Source: Clostridiales bacterium (lineage in GTDB: Bacteria > Bacillota > Clostridia > Christensenellales > Aristaeellaceae). From it: DNA of 64,000 nt. The notes under the pieces are model-generated. The model had not been told where the DNA came from, ran no database searches, and saw only the letters and a program-made list of their open reading frames with translations. Below, piece after piece: positions 8,688 to 19,573 of the stretch (the stretch's first letter is position 1; each line of letters begins with the position of its first letter). Made by a program: the position numbers and the translations under genes. Location: assembly GCA_004555155.1 (NCBI GenBank), contig SFJH01000004.1:28586-92585 (forward strand), written 5' to 3'.

Positions 8688-9905
8688 TCAGAGAATCCTG
8701 CGCGCCTCCATGTAATAGCGCTTCTCGGTGGCCTCGCCCATGGAGAAGGTCTTGCGCGGCAGCGCGCCCCAGCGGCGGATCGCGCCGAAGAGCTCGGACT
8801 TGTCAAAGGCGCGGGGCATGAAGCCCATCGCGTCGGGACGGTCGGCGACCAGCGCGCGCAGCGCCTCGTCGCCGTGGATGTAATCGATCTCCGCCTCGGG
8901 GTGCTCGGCGAGATAGCCGTCCAGGAAGGGCTGGAGCACGGGCAGCGGATGCTGTTCCATTCGGAAGGACAGCGCGCCGTCGCGGTCGAAAGCGATCAGA
9001 TCGCTGCCGCCCTCGGTTGCGCCGCTCTCTGTCATGCAGGCGCGCAGGCGCGCCGTTACATCGGCGGGATCCACGTGGAAGAGCACGCGGTGAATTGGCT
9101 CGAAGATCATCGCGGGGCAGTTCAGATTGACCAGCTCCACCAGCGCGTAGCGCGCGGGATGATCTTCCCGTTCCGCTTCGCTCAGCGTCTCGCGCAGCCG
9201 CATCCAGCACTGCTTCGCGGCGGCGAGCGAGTGGTTGCCGTCGCCCACGGCGTACAGCAGTCCGCCGCAGCGCTGCGCCAGCGCGTCGACGGCGGCGAAC
9301 ACCGCGTCGGCGTCTTCGTCCTCCACGGCCCAGCCCCGCAGATGGCCGCCGCCCAGCATCAGTTCGAAATCGTAGAGCGGACGCAGCGCTTCGCGACGGG
9401 CGTACAGCGGCTCGATCACCGAGCGCGCGGGGTCGTCGATCAGCATCATCACGTGGGGCAGCTCCAGCGGCGCACCGGCGCGGATGGCCGCGCGGGGCGG
9501 CACGCGGGAGGGCACGGTGCCCTCCGTGGCGCGGATGAGCGACGCGGAGCCTTCGGCGTAATCGTAGCAGTCCAGATCGAGGGCGACCATCAGTCCGGGG
9601 CGCACGCCGGAGGGCGTGACGCGCTCCACCAGCAAAAAACCGTCGACCGCCTCCTCCAGCGCGCCGCGATCCAGATAATCCCGCATGGCGGCGTGGATGG
9701 CGGGCGTGCGGACTTCGCGCTCGGGCAGGAAGATCTCGGGCAGCGTCAGGCGCAGCGCGGAGGGCGCGTCGCCCACGATGGCTTCCGCCTTTTCCCAGTA
9801 GTCCGGCTGGGCGGTGAACTGGTCGCAGGCGATCACCGCCCACCGTTCGTTTTCAACATTCCCGGCCGGCAGCAGAATGCGGGCCTTTTTCAGTGCGGTA
9901 TTCAT
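8688..9905 (-). CDS. DUF1015 domain protein
   Basis: 405 aa. The N-terminus ILLPAGNVENERWAVIACDQFTAQPDYW is typical of clostridial DUF1015 proteins. It sits directly downstream of serA, an arrangement I recall from Clostridia. Confidence 0.75.
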   Translation of the reverse strand: MNTALKKARILLPAGNVENERWAVIACDQFTAQPDYWEKAEAIVGDAPSALRLTLPEIFLPEREVRTPAIHAAMRDYLDRGALEEAVDGFLLVERVTPSGVRPGLMVALDLDCYDYAEGSASLIRATEGTVPSRVPPRAAIRAGAPLELPHVMMLIDDPARSVIEPLYARREALRPLYDFELMLGGGHLRGWAVEDEDADAVFAAVDALAQRCGGLLYAVGDGNHSLAAAKQCWMRLRETLSEAEREDHPARYALVELVNLNCPAMIFEPIHRVLFHVDPADVTARLRACMTESGATEGGSDLIAFDRDGALSFRMEQHPLPVLQPFLDGYLAEHPEAEIDYIHGDEALRALVADRPDAMGFMPRAFDKSELFGAIRRWGALPRKTFSMGEATEKRYYMEARRIL

Positions 9906-9915
9906 GGCGTTCTCC

Positions 9916-11085
9916 TCACGGCAGCAGCAGGCGCACGCGATAGCTGGTGTCCAGTCCGCGCAGCCGCTCGATCAGCGCGTCGCTGGGGCGGGCGCTGACG
10001 TCCACCACGGTGTAGGCCAGCGCGCCGCGGGACTGGTTGACCATGTTTTCGATGTTCAGCCCCTCGGCGGACAGGTGCTGGGTGATCGCGCCGATGACGT
10101 TGGGCACGTTCTTGTGCAGAAGCGCGATGCGGGGGATGGTCACCGGGCCCAGCGGGCAGTTGGGGTAGTTGCAGGCGTTGACGATGGAGCCGGTCTTGAG
10201 ATAATCGTCGATCTGTCGGGCAACCATGCGCACGCAGTTGTCCTCGCTCTCGGGCGTGGACGCGCCCAGATGGGGCGTGAGCACGGCGTTCTTCACGCCG
10301 ATCAGCTCGCGGCAGGGGAAGTCGGTGACATAGGCGCGCAGGCGTTCGCGCTCCAGCGCTTCGATCACGGCGGCGGTATCCACCAGTCCGCCGCGGGAGA
10401 AGTTCAGCAGCGCCGCGCCCGGCTTCATGCGACCCAGCACGGTGGCGTCGATCATGCCCCGGGTGGAGTCCATCAGCGGCACGTGCAGCGTGACGTAATC
10501 GCTCTTTTCCAGAACCTCGCTCAGTTCGGTGGCGTGGGCCACGGAGCGGGACAGCTTCCAGGCGTGATCCACGGAGATGTACGGATCGTAGCCCAGCACG
10601 TTCATGCCCAGAGACACGCCCATGTTGGCCACCAGCACGCCGATGGCACCCAGACCCACGACGCCCAGCGTCTTGCCCGCCAGCTCGGGGCCGGCGAAAC
10701 GGCTCTTGCCCTTTTCCACCAGCTTTTCCAGATCCGGCTCGTCGGCCAGGGTTCTGCACCATTCCACGCCCTCGGTGATGCGGCGGCTGGCCAGCAGCAG
10801 TCCGGCGACCACCAGCTCCTTGACGGCGTTGGCGTTGGCGCCCGGCGAATTGAACACCACCACGCCGGCCTCGGCCATGCGATCCAGCGGGATGTTGTTC
10901 ACGCCCGCGCCCGCGCGGCCCACGCACAGCAGGTTTTCACCGATGGCGTAATCGTGCATGTCCGCGCTGCGGACGAGGATGGCGTCGGGATGGGTCACGT
11001 TCGAGCCAACGAGGTATTCCGCGTCCTTCAGCGTTCCGTGATAGACGGGGGAGATGGAATTCAGCGTCTGAACATTGTATTTCAT
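9916..11085 (-). CDS. serA: D-3-phosphoglycerate dehydrogenase
   Basis: 389 aa. 2-hydroxyacid dehydrogenase fold with GRAGAGVNNIPL, NAD-binding GVVGLGAIGVLVA, and an ACT-like C-terminus. Its start overlaps the serC stop (ATGA). Confidence 0.85.
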   Translation of the reverse strand: MKYNVQTLNSISPVYHGTLKDAEYLVGSNVTHPDAILVRSADMHDYAIGENLLCVGRAGAGVNNIPLDRMAEAGVVVFNSPGANANAVKELVVAGLLLASRRITEGVEWCRTLADEPDLEKLVEKGKSRFAGPELAGKTLGVVGLGAIGVLVANMGVSLGMNVLGYDPYISVDHAWKLSRSVAHATELSEVLEKSDYVTLHVPLMDSTRGMIDATVLGRMKPGAALLNFSRGGLVDTAAVIEALERERLRAYVTDFPCRELIGVKNAVLTPHLGASTPESEDNCVRMVARQIDDYLKTGSIVNACNYPNCPLGPVTIPRIALLHKNVPNVIGAITQHLSAEGLNIENMVNQSRGALAYTVVDVSARPSDALIERLRGLDTSYRVRLLLP

Positions 11086-12161
11086 CGGAGGTTCTCCATT
11101 TCAAATTTCTTCATGAATGCCGCCAGCGCGCGCACACCCTCGATGGGCATGGCGTTGTAGATGCTGGCGCGGATGCCGCCCACCAGGCGGTGTCCCTTCA
11201 GATTGACCAGACCGGCGGCGGCGGCCTCCTTCACAAACTTCGCGTCCAGCTCGGGGCTGGGGGTGGTGAAGGTCACGTTCATGCGGCTGCGGGAGCCGGG
11301 CGCGGCGGTGGGGCGGTAGAAGGCGCTGTCGTCCAGCAGGTTGTAGAGGATCGACGCCTTTTCGATGTTGACCGGCTCGATGCCCTCCACGCCGCCCTGC
11401 GCCTTCAGCCATTTCATGCACAGACCGGCCATGTAGATGGCGTAGGTGGGCGGAGTGTTCAGCATGGAGCCGTTGTCCGCCATCAGCGTCCAGTTCATGA
11501 CCTTGGGGCAGTCCTTCCGGGCGCGGCCCAGAAGATCCCTGCGCACGATCACCAGCGTCACGCCCGCAGGGCCGATGTTCTTCTGCGCGCCGGCGTAGAT
11601 CACGCCGAAGCGGCGCACGTCGTAGACCTCGGAGAGGATGTTGGAGGACATGTCGGCCACCAGCGGCACGCTGCCGGTCTCGGGCAGGGCGGCATAGCGG
11701 GTGCCGAAGATGGTGTTGTTGGTGGTGATGTAAAGGTAGTCGGCGGCGGGGTTGAACTCTGCGGCGTTCCATTCCGGGATGTGGGTGTAGTTGTCGTCCC
11801 GGGAGGAGGCGACGCAGCGCACCGGGCCGTACTTCTGTGCCTCGACATAAGCGCCGTGGGCGAAGTTGCCGCTGTCGATGTAGTCCGCGCCGGAGGCGAG
11901 CAGGTTCAGCGGGATGGCGGCGAACTGACCGGTTGCGCCGCCCTGCAGGAACAGCACGGCGTAGTCCTCGGGGATGTGCATCAGCTCGCGGACCAGGGAC
12001 TCGGTCTCGTTGAAGATCTCCAGGTACATTCCGGAGCGGTGGCTCATCTCCATGACGGACATGCCGGTGTTGTTGTAATTCAGCATTTCCCGCGCGGCGG
12101 TCTCAAGGGCCTCTGCGGGCATGGCCGACGGGCCTGCGGCGAAATTGTAAACGCGATTCAC
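11082..12161 (-). CDS. serC: phosphoserine aminotransferase
   Basis: Track ORF is 11082..12206. I prefer the GTG at 12161 (VNRVYNFAAGPSAMP), which follows GGAGGG. Full-length class V aminotransferase of the SerC type. Confidence 0.9.
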   Translation of the reverse strand: MNRVYNFAAGPSAMPAEALETAAREMLNYNNTGMSVMEMSHRSGMYLEIFNETESLVRELMHIPEDYAVLFLQGGATGQFAAIPLNLLASGADYIDSGNFAHGAYVEAQKYGPVRCVASSRDDNYTHIPEWNAAEFNPAADYLYITTNNTIFGTRYAALPETGSVPLVADMSSNILSEVYDVRRFGVIYAGAQKNIGPAGVTLVIVRRDLLGRARKDCPKVMNWTLMADNGSMLNTPPTYAIYMAGLCMKWLKAQGGVEGIEPVNIEKASILYNLLDDSAFYRPTAAPGSRSRMNVTFTTPSPELDAKFVKEAAAAGLVNLKGHRLVGGIRASIYNAMPIEGVRALAAFMKKFEMENLR

Positions 12162-12249
12162 GGGGTATCCCTCCTCAAGGAGAATTGGAATCCGATGACA
12201 AATCACGGGTTCTTTTCAAAACGGTTCTGCTTTGCACCGGTTTCATTCT

Positions 12250-12278
12250 ATTATAATGATAGCTTTCGCGCTTTGCAA
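12250..12278 (-). promoter_or_regulatory. sigma-A-type promoter TTGCAA-17-TATAAT for serC-serA-DUF1015
   Basis: Minus-strand read: cTTGCAAagcgcgaaagctatcatTATAATagaatg. The leader to the serC start is about 80 nt. Confidence 0.6.
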
Positions 12279-12306
12279 GAGTGAAGCGTTAAATTTGCGC
12301 CTGCGT

Positions 12307-12756
12307 TCATCGCGCGGGATGGCGCCGGCGCATGGCGGTGAGCGCGAGCTGGAACAGCAGCGTGGTCAGCGTAACGCCGGCGGACATGCTGGCGGCGAAC
12401 AGCAGCGTGTACGAGCCCTGCTCGGCGAAGGCGTCCATGTGCTTGAGCATGAGCGCGCTGGCGGAGCGGTACAGTCCCGCGCCGGGGATCAGCGGGACGG
12501 CGGCGGTGACCAGAAACACGGTGACCGGCGTGCGGTGGATCCGGGCCATGGCCTCCGCGTACAGCGTCAGCGAGACGGACGCGATGAACGCGCACACGTA
12601 GGGGCTGTCCGTGAGCTGCGCGACCGCCAGATAGACGCTCCACGAGAGCAGTCCGCCCAGCGCGGCGAAGGCCAGCTTCCGGCCGTGAAGGTTGAACAGC
12701 GCGCCGAAGCCCAGCGAGCCCAGCAGCGCCGCGGGGAGCTGAATGAGAGGCGACAT
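12307..12756 (-). CDS. threonine/serine exporter family protein, small subunit (ThrE C-terminal/DUF3815-like)
   Basis: 149 aa polytopic membrane protein (LGSLGFGALFNLHGRKL..). It pairs with the upstream DUF1212-like gene, as in split ThrE systems. Confidence 0.7.
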   Translation of the reverse strand: MSPLIQLPAALLGSLGFGALFNLHGRKLAFAALGGLLSWSVYLAVAQLTDSPYVCAFIASVSLTLYAEAMARIHRTPVTVFLVTAAVPLIPGAGLYRSASALMLKHMDAFAEQGSYTLLFAASMSAGVTLTTLLFQLALTAMRRRHPAR

Positions 12757-12768
12757 GCCGTACCCTCC

Positions 12769-13524
12769 TTAAAACAGGAATCCCGCGAAGGTGAAGCCCA
12801 GCGCCACGATGACCGCCAGCAGCAGCGATTCCGAAAAACGGATCAGGCCGGTGATGGTGTCGCCGGAGAACAGATCGCGCAGCGAATTGGTGAACATCAC
12901 GCCGGGAATGAACAGCATGATGTTGCCGATGCTGATCAGATCCGCGTGACTGCCCAGCCGCAGCGCCACCGCCGCGTGGGAGAGCAGTCCGCCCGCGCTG
13001 GAGCACAGCAGCGCCGTGAACAGCCCGTTGACCGAGCCTCTGCGAATGAACGCCTCCAGGCACTTCAGCAGGACACCGATGGCTGCGGAGACCAGCATGT
13101 CCTTCCAGTCGCCGCCGAAGAACACGGCGAAGGAGCCGGATACCAGCGCATACACCAGCAGCTGCTGCGAAAAGCTGTAGGACCGGCCTTCGGCGATCCG
13201 GCGCAGCCGACCGGGAATCTCCTCCGGATCGGGCAGGGTGGAGCAGATATAGCGGGAGAGCTGGTTCAGCTCGTCCAGCTTGTTGAAATCGTTGCGCATG
13301 GACAGCACGCGCCGCGATTCGGTGACGGACTCGAAATCTCCGCCGAACATGGTGGTCACGATGCTGGAGGTGATGGAAAACACGTCCACCCGCGTCGCGC
13401 CGTAGGCCGTGCAGATGCGGCGGATGGTGTCCTCCACGCGGCTCACCTCCGCGCCGCAGGTCAGCAGCTGCTCGCCGATGGACATCGCGCAGTAGAGCAC
13501 CTTTTCTGCCTCTTCCCGATTCAT
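12769..13524 (-). CDS. threonine/serine exporter family protein, large subunit (ThrE/DUF1212-like)
   Basis: Track ORF is 12769..13557. I prefer the ATG at 13524 (MNREEAEKVLY). Motif GAEVSRVEDTIRRICTAYG. Confidence 0.7.
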   Translation of the reverse strand: MNREEAEKVLYCAMSIGEQLLTCGAEVSRVEDTIRRICTAYGATRVDVFSITSSIVTTMFGGDFESVTESRRVLSMRNDFNKLDELNQLSRYICSTLPDPEEIPGRLRRIAEGRSYSFSQQLLVYALVSGSFAVFFGGDWKDMLVSAAIGVLLKCLEAFIRRGSVNGLFTALLCSSAGGLLSHAAVALRLGSHADLISIGNIMLFIPGVMFTNSLRDLFSGDTITGLIRFSESLLLAVIVALGFTFAGFLF

Positions 13525-13572
13525 ATTGAACCTTCCATCCTGCGTAAATTGGCGCAAGCGCCGTATGCAAGC

Positions 13573-13601
13573 ATTATAGCACAGGCGTGCGGCAGGGTCA
13601 A
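13573..13601 (-). promoter_or_regulatory. sigma-A-type promoter TTGACC-17-TATAAT (TG-extended) for the ThrE-like pair
   Basis: Minus-strand read: gtTTGACCctgccgcacgcctgtgcTATAATgcttgc. Confidence 0.6.
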
Positions 13602-13684
13602 ACGCATTTTTCCCAGCGGAAGTGATATCGTTTTTAACCCGAATGTGCTATACTGAAAAAGAATTATGATCGGAGGCATTTTCC

Positions 13685-15217
13685 TTGGCACGCAAAGAGA
13701 AGATTCTGCACAGCACGCTGCTGGTGACGATGGTGATCATCCTCAGCAAGGCGGTGGGCTTCGCCCGCGATATGGTGACCACGGCCTACTTCGGCCTGAC
13801 CTACGCCAACGACGCATACGTCTCGGCGTACAGCCTGTTCTACCTGCCGGTGCTCCTGTTCAATTCCTGCATCTCGGCCACGCTGATTCCGCTGTACGTG
13901 GAGGAGCGGGAGCAGCACAGCCTGGCCCATTCCAACCGCTTCGCCAGCAATGCCATCAATCTGTTCGCGCTGGCGGCGCTGGCGGTGTCGGCGGTGATGT
14001 ACGCGCTGGCCGGGCCGCTGGTGCGCCTGGTGTACAGCGGCTTCGACCCGGAGAAGGCCGCGCTGACCGCAAGGCTGACGCAGATCATGCTGCTGGCGCT
14101 GGTGTTCAACGTGACCTCCATCTCGGTGGCCAGCCTGCTCAACGCCATGGAGAGGTACATCGCCGCGCAGCTGACCGGCTTTCCGCTGAGCGTCTGCGTG
14201 ATTCTGGCCTCCGTGCTGTTTTCGGGCAGCTTCGGCATCGAGGCGGTGGCCTGGGGCGTGTTTGCGGCGAACATCCTGCAGCTGCTGGTGCTGATTCCGT
14301 TCATGCGGGGCTGGTTCCGGTATTCGCCCATGCTGGATTTCAGGGACAGGCGCTTCCACCGGCTGATGGTGCTGGCGCTGCCGGCGATGTTCTCCATGGG
14401 CATCAGCGAGCTGAACCACATGATCGACCATGCGCTGGCTTCCGGCCTGGCGGAGGGCACGCTGACGGCGATGACCTCGTCCTACCGGCTGATCACGTTT
14501 CTGCAGGGCATCCTGATCGTGCCGCTGACCACGATCATGTTCTCGAAGATGAGCAAGCACGTGGCCGGGCACGACGAGCGCGGCGCGCTGCGGATGCTGC
14601 TGGACAGCCTGCTGCAGCTGTCGGTGGTGGTGCTGCCGGTGGTGGTGATCGGCGTGATTCTGTCGAAGGACGTGATCAAGTTCGCCTACATGCGCGGCAG
14701 GTTCACGCTGGAGGACGTGCAGATCACGGCGGGACTGCTGATCTTCTATCTGGTGGGCATCCCCGCGTTCGGCATGCGCGATTTCCTCAGCCGCATGTTC
14801 CACGCGCTGAAGGACACGAAGACGCCGTTTCGCGTGTCCTGCGTGGTGGTGGCCACGAACATCGTGCTCAATATCATCCTTCGGCAGCTGATGGGCGCCA
14901 ACGGACTGGCGCTGGCCACGTCCATCGCGGGCTATGTGGGCACGGCGGCGATGATCGCGCTGCTGAGAAAGCGCTTTGGACGCATCGGCTTCAGGCGCGT
15001 GCTGAGGGAGCTTGTGAAGATTCTTGCGGCCACCGCGGTCTGCGCGCTGGCCTGTATTGGGATGAACGCCGTCGTGCCCGAGGTCGTTGGCACGGGCAAG
15101 GTGTTTTTGCGCCTGGCGGTCTGCGCGGGCGCGTCGCTGATCGTGTATGCGCTGTGCTGCGTCGCGCTGCGGGTCAAGCCGCTGATGGGCCTGCTGAAGA
15201 GCCTGCGCCGCCGCTGA
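13685..15217 (+). CDS. murJ: lipid II flippase MurJ
   Basis: 510 aa with a TTG start 8 nt after GGAGG. N-terminus [31 protein letters not shown] is typical of MurJ/MviN. Polytopic membrane protein. Confidence 0.85.
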   Translation: MARKEKILHSTLLVTMVIILSKAVGFARDMVTTAYFGLTYANDAYVSAYSLFYLPVLLFNSCISATLIPLYVEEREQHSLAHSNRFASNAINLFALAALAVSAVMYALAGPLVRLVYSGFDPEKAALTARLTQIMLLALVFNVTSISVASLLNAMERYIAAQLTGFPLSVCVILASVLFSGSFGIEAVAWGVFAANILQLLVLIPFMRGWFRYSPMLDFRDRRFHRLMVLALPAMFSMGISELNHMIDHALASGLAEGTLTAMTSSYRLITFLQGILIVPLTTIMFSKMSKHVAGHDERGALRMLLDSLLQLSVVVLPVVVIGVILSKDVIKFAYMRGRFTLEDVQITAGLLIFYLVGIPAFGMRDFLSRMFHALKDTKTPFRVSCVVVATNIVLNIILRQLMGANGLALATSIAGYVGTAAMIALLRKRFGRIGFRRVLRELVKILAATAVCALACIGMNAVVPEVVGTGKVFLRLAVCAGASLIVYALCCVALRVKPLMGLLKSLRRR

Positions 15218-15242
15218 TTGGGACGAAAAGGGAGGGAGAGCC

Positions 15243-16283
15243 ATGCAGGAGGAGGATCGCCTCATTACCACCGGCTTCCGCGAGGAGGACGAGGATGCGG
15301 AGCAGTCGCTTCGCCCCAGAACGCTGGCCGAGTACTTCGGTCAGGATAAACTGAAAAAGAGCCTGAGCGTCTACATGCAGGCGGCGCTCGCCCGCCGGGA
15401 GCCGCTGGATCACATCCTGCTGTACGGCCCGCCCGGACTGGGCAAGACCACGCTGGCGGGCATCATCGCCTCGGAGATGGGACACAACATCCGCGTGACC
15501 AGCGGCCCCGCCATCGAGCGCGCGGGCGACCTGGCGTCGATTCTGACGAACCTGAACGCCGGCGACGTGCTGTTCATCGACGAGATCCATCGCCTGAGCC
15601 ACACCGTCGAGGAGGTGCTCTATCCGGCGATGGAGGACTACGCGCTGGACATCATGATCGGCAAGGGCCCGTCGGCGCGGTCGATTCGGCTGGATCTGCC
15701 GAAGTTCACGCTGATCGGCGCGACGACGCGCAAGGGCATGCTGACCTCGCCGCTGCGGGATCGATTTGGCATCAGCTTCCGTCTGGAGCTGTACACGCCG
15801 GAGCAGCTGGCGGTGATCGTGAAGCGCTCGGCGAAGATCCTGAAGACCGAGTGCGACGATGACGGCGCGCTGGAGATCGCCAGCCGCAGCCGCGGCACGC
15901 CCCGCATCGCCAACCGGCTCATCCGGCGCGTGCGCGATTTCGCCGAGGTGCGCGGCGACGGCCGCATCACCGTGGAGGTGGCGCAGGAGGCGCTGGACAT
16001 GCTGGAGGTGGACGAGCTGGGCCTGGATCACACCGACCGCACCATGCTCAATGCCATGATCTTCAAGTTCGGCGGCGGCCCCGTGGGACTGGACACGCTG
16101 GCCGCCAGCACTGGCGAGGACGCAGCGACCATCGAGGACGTGTACGAGCCGTATCTGCTTCAGCTGGGCTTTCTGATGCGCACGCCCCGGGGGCGCGTCT
16201 GTACCCGAGCCGCCTACGAGCACATGGGCGTCACGCCCCCGCCGACGTCCGGTCAGGGCGGACAGGTGAAGATGGATCTGTGA
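15243..16283 (+). CDS. ruvB: Holliday junction branch migration helicase RuvB
   Basis: 346 aa. [12 protein letters not shown], Walker [30 protein letters not shown]. No ruvA is adjacent. Confidence 0.95.
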   Translation: MQEEDRLITTGFREEDEDAEQSLRPRTLAEYFGQDKLKKSLSVYMQAALARREPLDHILLYGPPGLGKTTLAGIIASEMGHNIRVTSGPAIERAGDLASILTNLNAGDVLFIDEIHRLSHTVEEVLYPAMEDYALDIMIGKGPSARSIRLDLPKFTLIGATTRKGMLTSPLRDRFGISFRLELYTPEQLAVIVKRSAKILKTECDDDGALEIASRSRGTPRIANRLIRRVRDFAEVRGDGRITVEVAQEALDMLEVDELGLDHTDRTMLNAMIFKFGGGPVGLDTLAASTGEDAATIEDVYEPYLLQLGFLMRTPRGRVCTRAAYEHMGVTPPPTSGQGGQVKMDL

Positions 16284-16344
16284 GCCGCCGGCATTGCGCG
16301 CCCGGGACCGTCCGAGGCGCGATCGCCGCAGGAGGAGGAGAAAC

Positions 16345-16812
16345 GTGAAACCCACGCTGCATTTGATGGTAGGCCTTCCGGGAAGCGGAAAGACCACCCG
16401 CGCGAAGGAATTGGAGCAGGAGTGCGGCGCGCTGCGCCTGACGCCAGACGAATGGCATCTGCAGCTGTTCGGCAATGATTTTCCCGGCCCGGATCACGAT
16501 GACCGCCACAACCGCGTGGAGTGGCTGATGTGGTGTACGGCGCGGCGGGCGCTGGAGCTGGGCGTGAGCGTGATTCTCGACTTCGGCTTCTGGGGCCGGG
16601 AGGAGCGCGACGGGCTGCGCGAGCAGGCGCGGCTTCTGGGCGCGGATTTCCGGATTCACTACATGGATGTGCCGCTGGAGGAGCTGCTGCGCCGCGTCGA
16701 ACGGCGCAACGCGCAGGCGACGCCGGAGAACGGCGTGTTCAGCATCCCACAGGAATGGATGATCGAGTGGGCGGGGATGTTCCAGCCGCCCACGGAGGAG
16801 GAGCTTCGATGA
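16345..16812 (+). CDS. small P-loop kinase-like ATP-binding protein (AAA_33-like)
   Basis: Track ORF is 16294..16812. I prefer the GTG at 16345, which follows GGAGGAGGAG. Walker A GLPGSGKTT, about 155 aa. Substrate unknown. Confidence 0.7.
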   Translation: MKPTLHLMVGLPGSGKTTRAKELEQECGALRLTPDEWHLQLFGNDFPGPDHDDRHNRVEWLMWCTARRALELGVSVILDFGFWGREERDGLREQARLLGADFRIHYMDVPLEELLRRVERRNAQATPENGVFSIPQEWMIEWAGMFQPPTEEELR

Positions 16813-17882
16813 ACCGGGATATTCTCTTTCGCCAGGATGGATTCGTCTTTTCCTATCGGGTGGCGGGCGTGCTGATCCAAGGCGGAAGGATCCTCCTTCA
16901 GAAGCCGGAGAACGACGGCTACGCCTTCATCGGCGGTCATGCGGAGGCCTTCGAGGCTTCCCGGGAGACGCTGGCGCGGGAATTTCGGGAGGAACTCCGC
17001 GCGGATGTGGACGTGGGCAGGCTGCTGGCGGTGGGGGAGATCTTCTTCCCCTGGGGCGACCGGCCCTGCCATCAGCTCGCGCTGTACTACGCAGTATCGC
17101 TGAAGGACGAATCGCAGATCCCGCTGGACGGCGTGTTCCGCGGCTGGGACGAGCTGGGCGGCGAGCGGATCGATCTGGATTTCTGCTGGACGCCGCTGGA
17201 GGAGCTTCCCGGCAAGGAGGTCTATCCGGCGGAGCTGGTTCCCCATCTTCTGGGCGGGTCGACGGAGGTGCTGCATTTCGTGTCCCGGCAGCTTGAGAAT
17301 ACGCCGACGCTGGAAACGCCGAGACTGATCCTGCGCCGGTTTGCGCCGGAGGATATCCCGGCGATTCTGGAGATGCATCGCGACGAGGAGGTCAACCGCT
17401 TCCTGCCGTGGTTTCCGCTGAAGACGCTGGAGCAGGCGAGGGATTTCTACCGCGAGCGCTATGAGGCCGTCTATGCGCAGCCGTGGGGCTATGCGTATGC
17501 CATCTGTCTTAAAGGGGACGATGTGCCCATCGGCTATGCGGGCGTTGAACTGGGCGGAGCCAATGATCTGGGCTACGGGCTGAGAAGAGAATTCTGGCAT
17601 CAAGGAATCGTTTCGGAAGCGGCGAAGGCGCTGGTGGAGCGCGTCCGCGCCGACGGTCTGCCCTTCGTGACCGCCACCCACGATGTGAACAATCCCCGCA
17701 GCGGCGCGGTGATGCGCGCCGCGGGCATGAAATACTGCTATTCCTACGAGGAGCAGTGGATGCCCAAGAACGTTCCGGTCACCTTCCGCATGTACCAGCT
17801 GAATCTGGACGGCAGGGACGATCGGGAGTACAGGGGCTACTGGGAGAAGTACGCGCGTCACTTCGTGGAGGAGAATCTGTGA
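16809..17882 (+). CDS. NUDIX hydrolase - GNAT (RimJ/RimL-like) N-acetyltransferase fusion protein
   Basis: ATG at 16809 overlaps the upstream stop (ATGA) and follows GGAGGAGGAG. The N-terminal half carries a Nudix box (GGHAEAFEASRETLAREFREELR). The C-terminal half is GNAT-like (PRLILRRFAPEDIPAILEMHRDEEVNRFLPW .. GYGLRREFWHQGIVSEAAKAL). Confidence 0.75.
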   Translation: MNRDILFRQDGFVFSYRVAGVLIQGGRILLQKPENDGYAFIGGHAEAFEASRETLAREFREELRADVDVGRLLAVGEIFFPWGDRPCHQLALYYAVSLKDESQIPLDGVFRGWDELGGERIDLDFCWTPLEELPGKEVYPAELVPHLLGGSTEVLHFVSRQLENTPTLETPRLILRRFAPEDIPAILEMHRDEEVNRFLPWFPLKTLEQARDFYRERYEAVYAQPWGYAYAICLKGDDVPIGYAGVELGGANDLGYGLRREFWHQGIVSEAAKALVERVRADGLPFVTATHDVNNPRSGAVMRAAGMKYCYSYEEQWMPKNVPVTFRMYQLNLDGRDDREYRGYWEKYARHFVEENL

Positions 17883-17990
17883 AATCCGGAACGGAGATGC
17901 GCCGGATCGCCGCTGGGATGTCAGACCGGTCGGAAACAACGCTGGGTATTCCGAAACGCAAACCGATGTTGATATGAAGGATGAAACGAA

Positions 17991-19010
<1,020 letters not shown>

Positions 19011-19079
19011 ACCCGCGCGCCTGCCGCGAATAAACGAAAACGCCTTCGCATACGCTTGATCATGCGGAGGTGTTTTATT

Positions 19080-19346
19080 GTGCAAATCCCGTGGGAATTG
19101 GTGGCCTCGTTTGCGATTGGGCTGGCGCTGCTGTGCCTGATCGGGTATCTGCTGCTGGTGCCGATGCGGTTCATGTGGCGGCTGGTGGCGGGCTGCGTGA
19201 TGGGCGCGGCGGCGCTGGGACTGGTCAATGCCTTCGGATCGCTGGTGGGGTTTTCGGTGGAGATCAATCCCTTTACGGCGATGGCCGTGGGCTTTCTCGG
19301 CCTGCCCGGCGCGGGCATGGTCATCGCGCTGCAGCTGCTGCTGTAG
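19080..19346 (+). CDS. bofA: pro-sigma-K processing inhibitor BofA family protein
   Basis: Track ORF is 19056..19346. I prefer the GTG at 19080, 7 nt after GGAGGTG. Small two-TM protein ending GFSVEINPFTAMAVGFLGLPGAGMVIAL, typical of BofA. Confidence 0.65.
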   Translation: MQIPWELVASFAIGLALLCLIGYLLLVPMRFMWRLVAGCVMGAAALGLVNAFGSLVGFSVEINPFTAMAVGFLGLPGAGMVIALQLLL

Positions 19347-19573
19347 GCGGGAAGCGCGTCCGCCCAAAATTGGTATTTTTGCGAAATACAGATGTGCATC
19401 TCTCAAAATGCTCTGGGGATCATCCTACTCAAATGGACGAAAATAATTCAGATTGTGTTGATAGGTATCGACATTGATTTACCACGGTACTATGATGTTC
19501 TTGCTGTCATGCGACGGAAAATACGGATGGAGGAACCTGAGATGAAAAGTTTGTCACTCTTCTTCTGGCGCTC

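Noticed and set aside
16284-17990. I considered calling the ruvB-queA insert a genomic island or mobile element.
   Set aside because: There is no integrase or transposase, no flanking direct repeats and no compositional break visible by eye.
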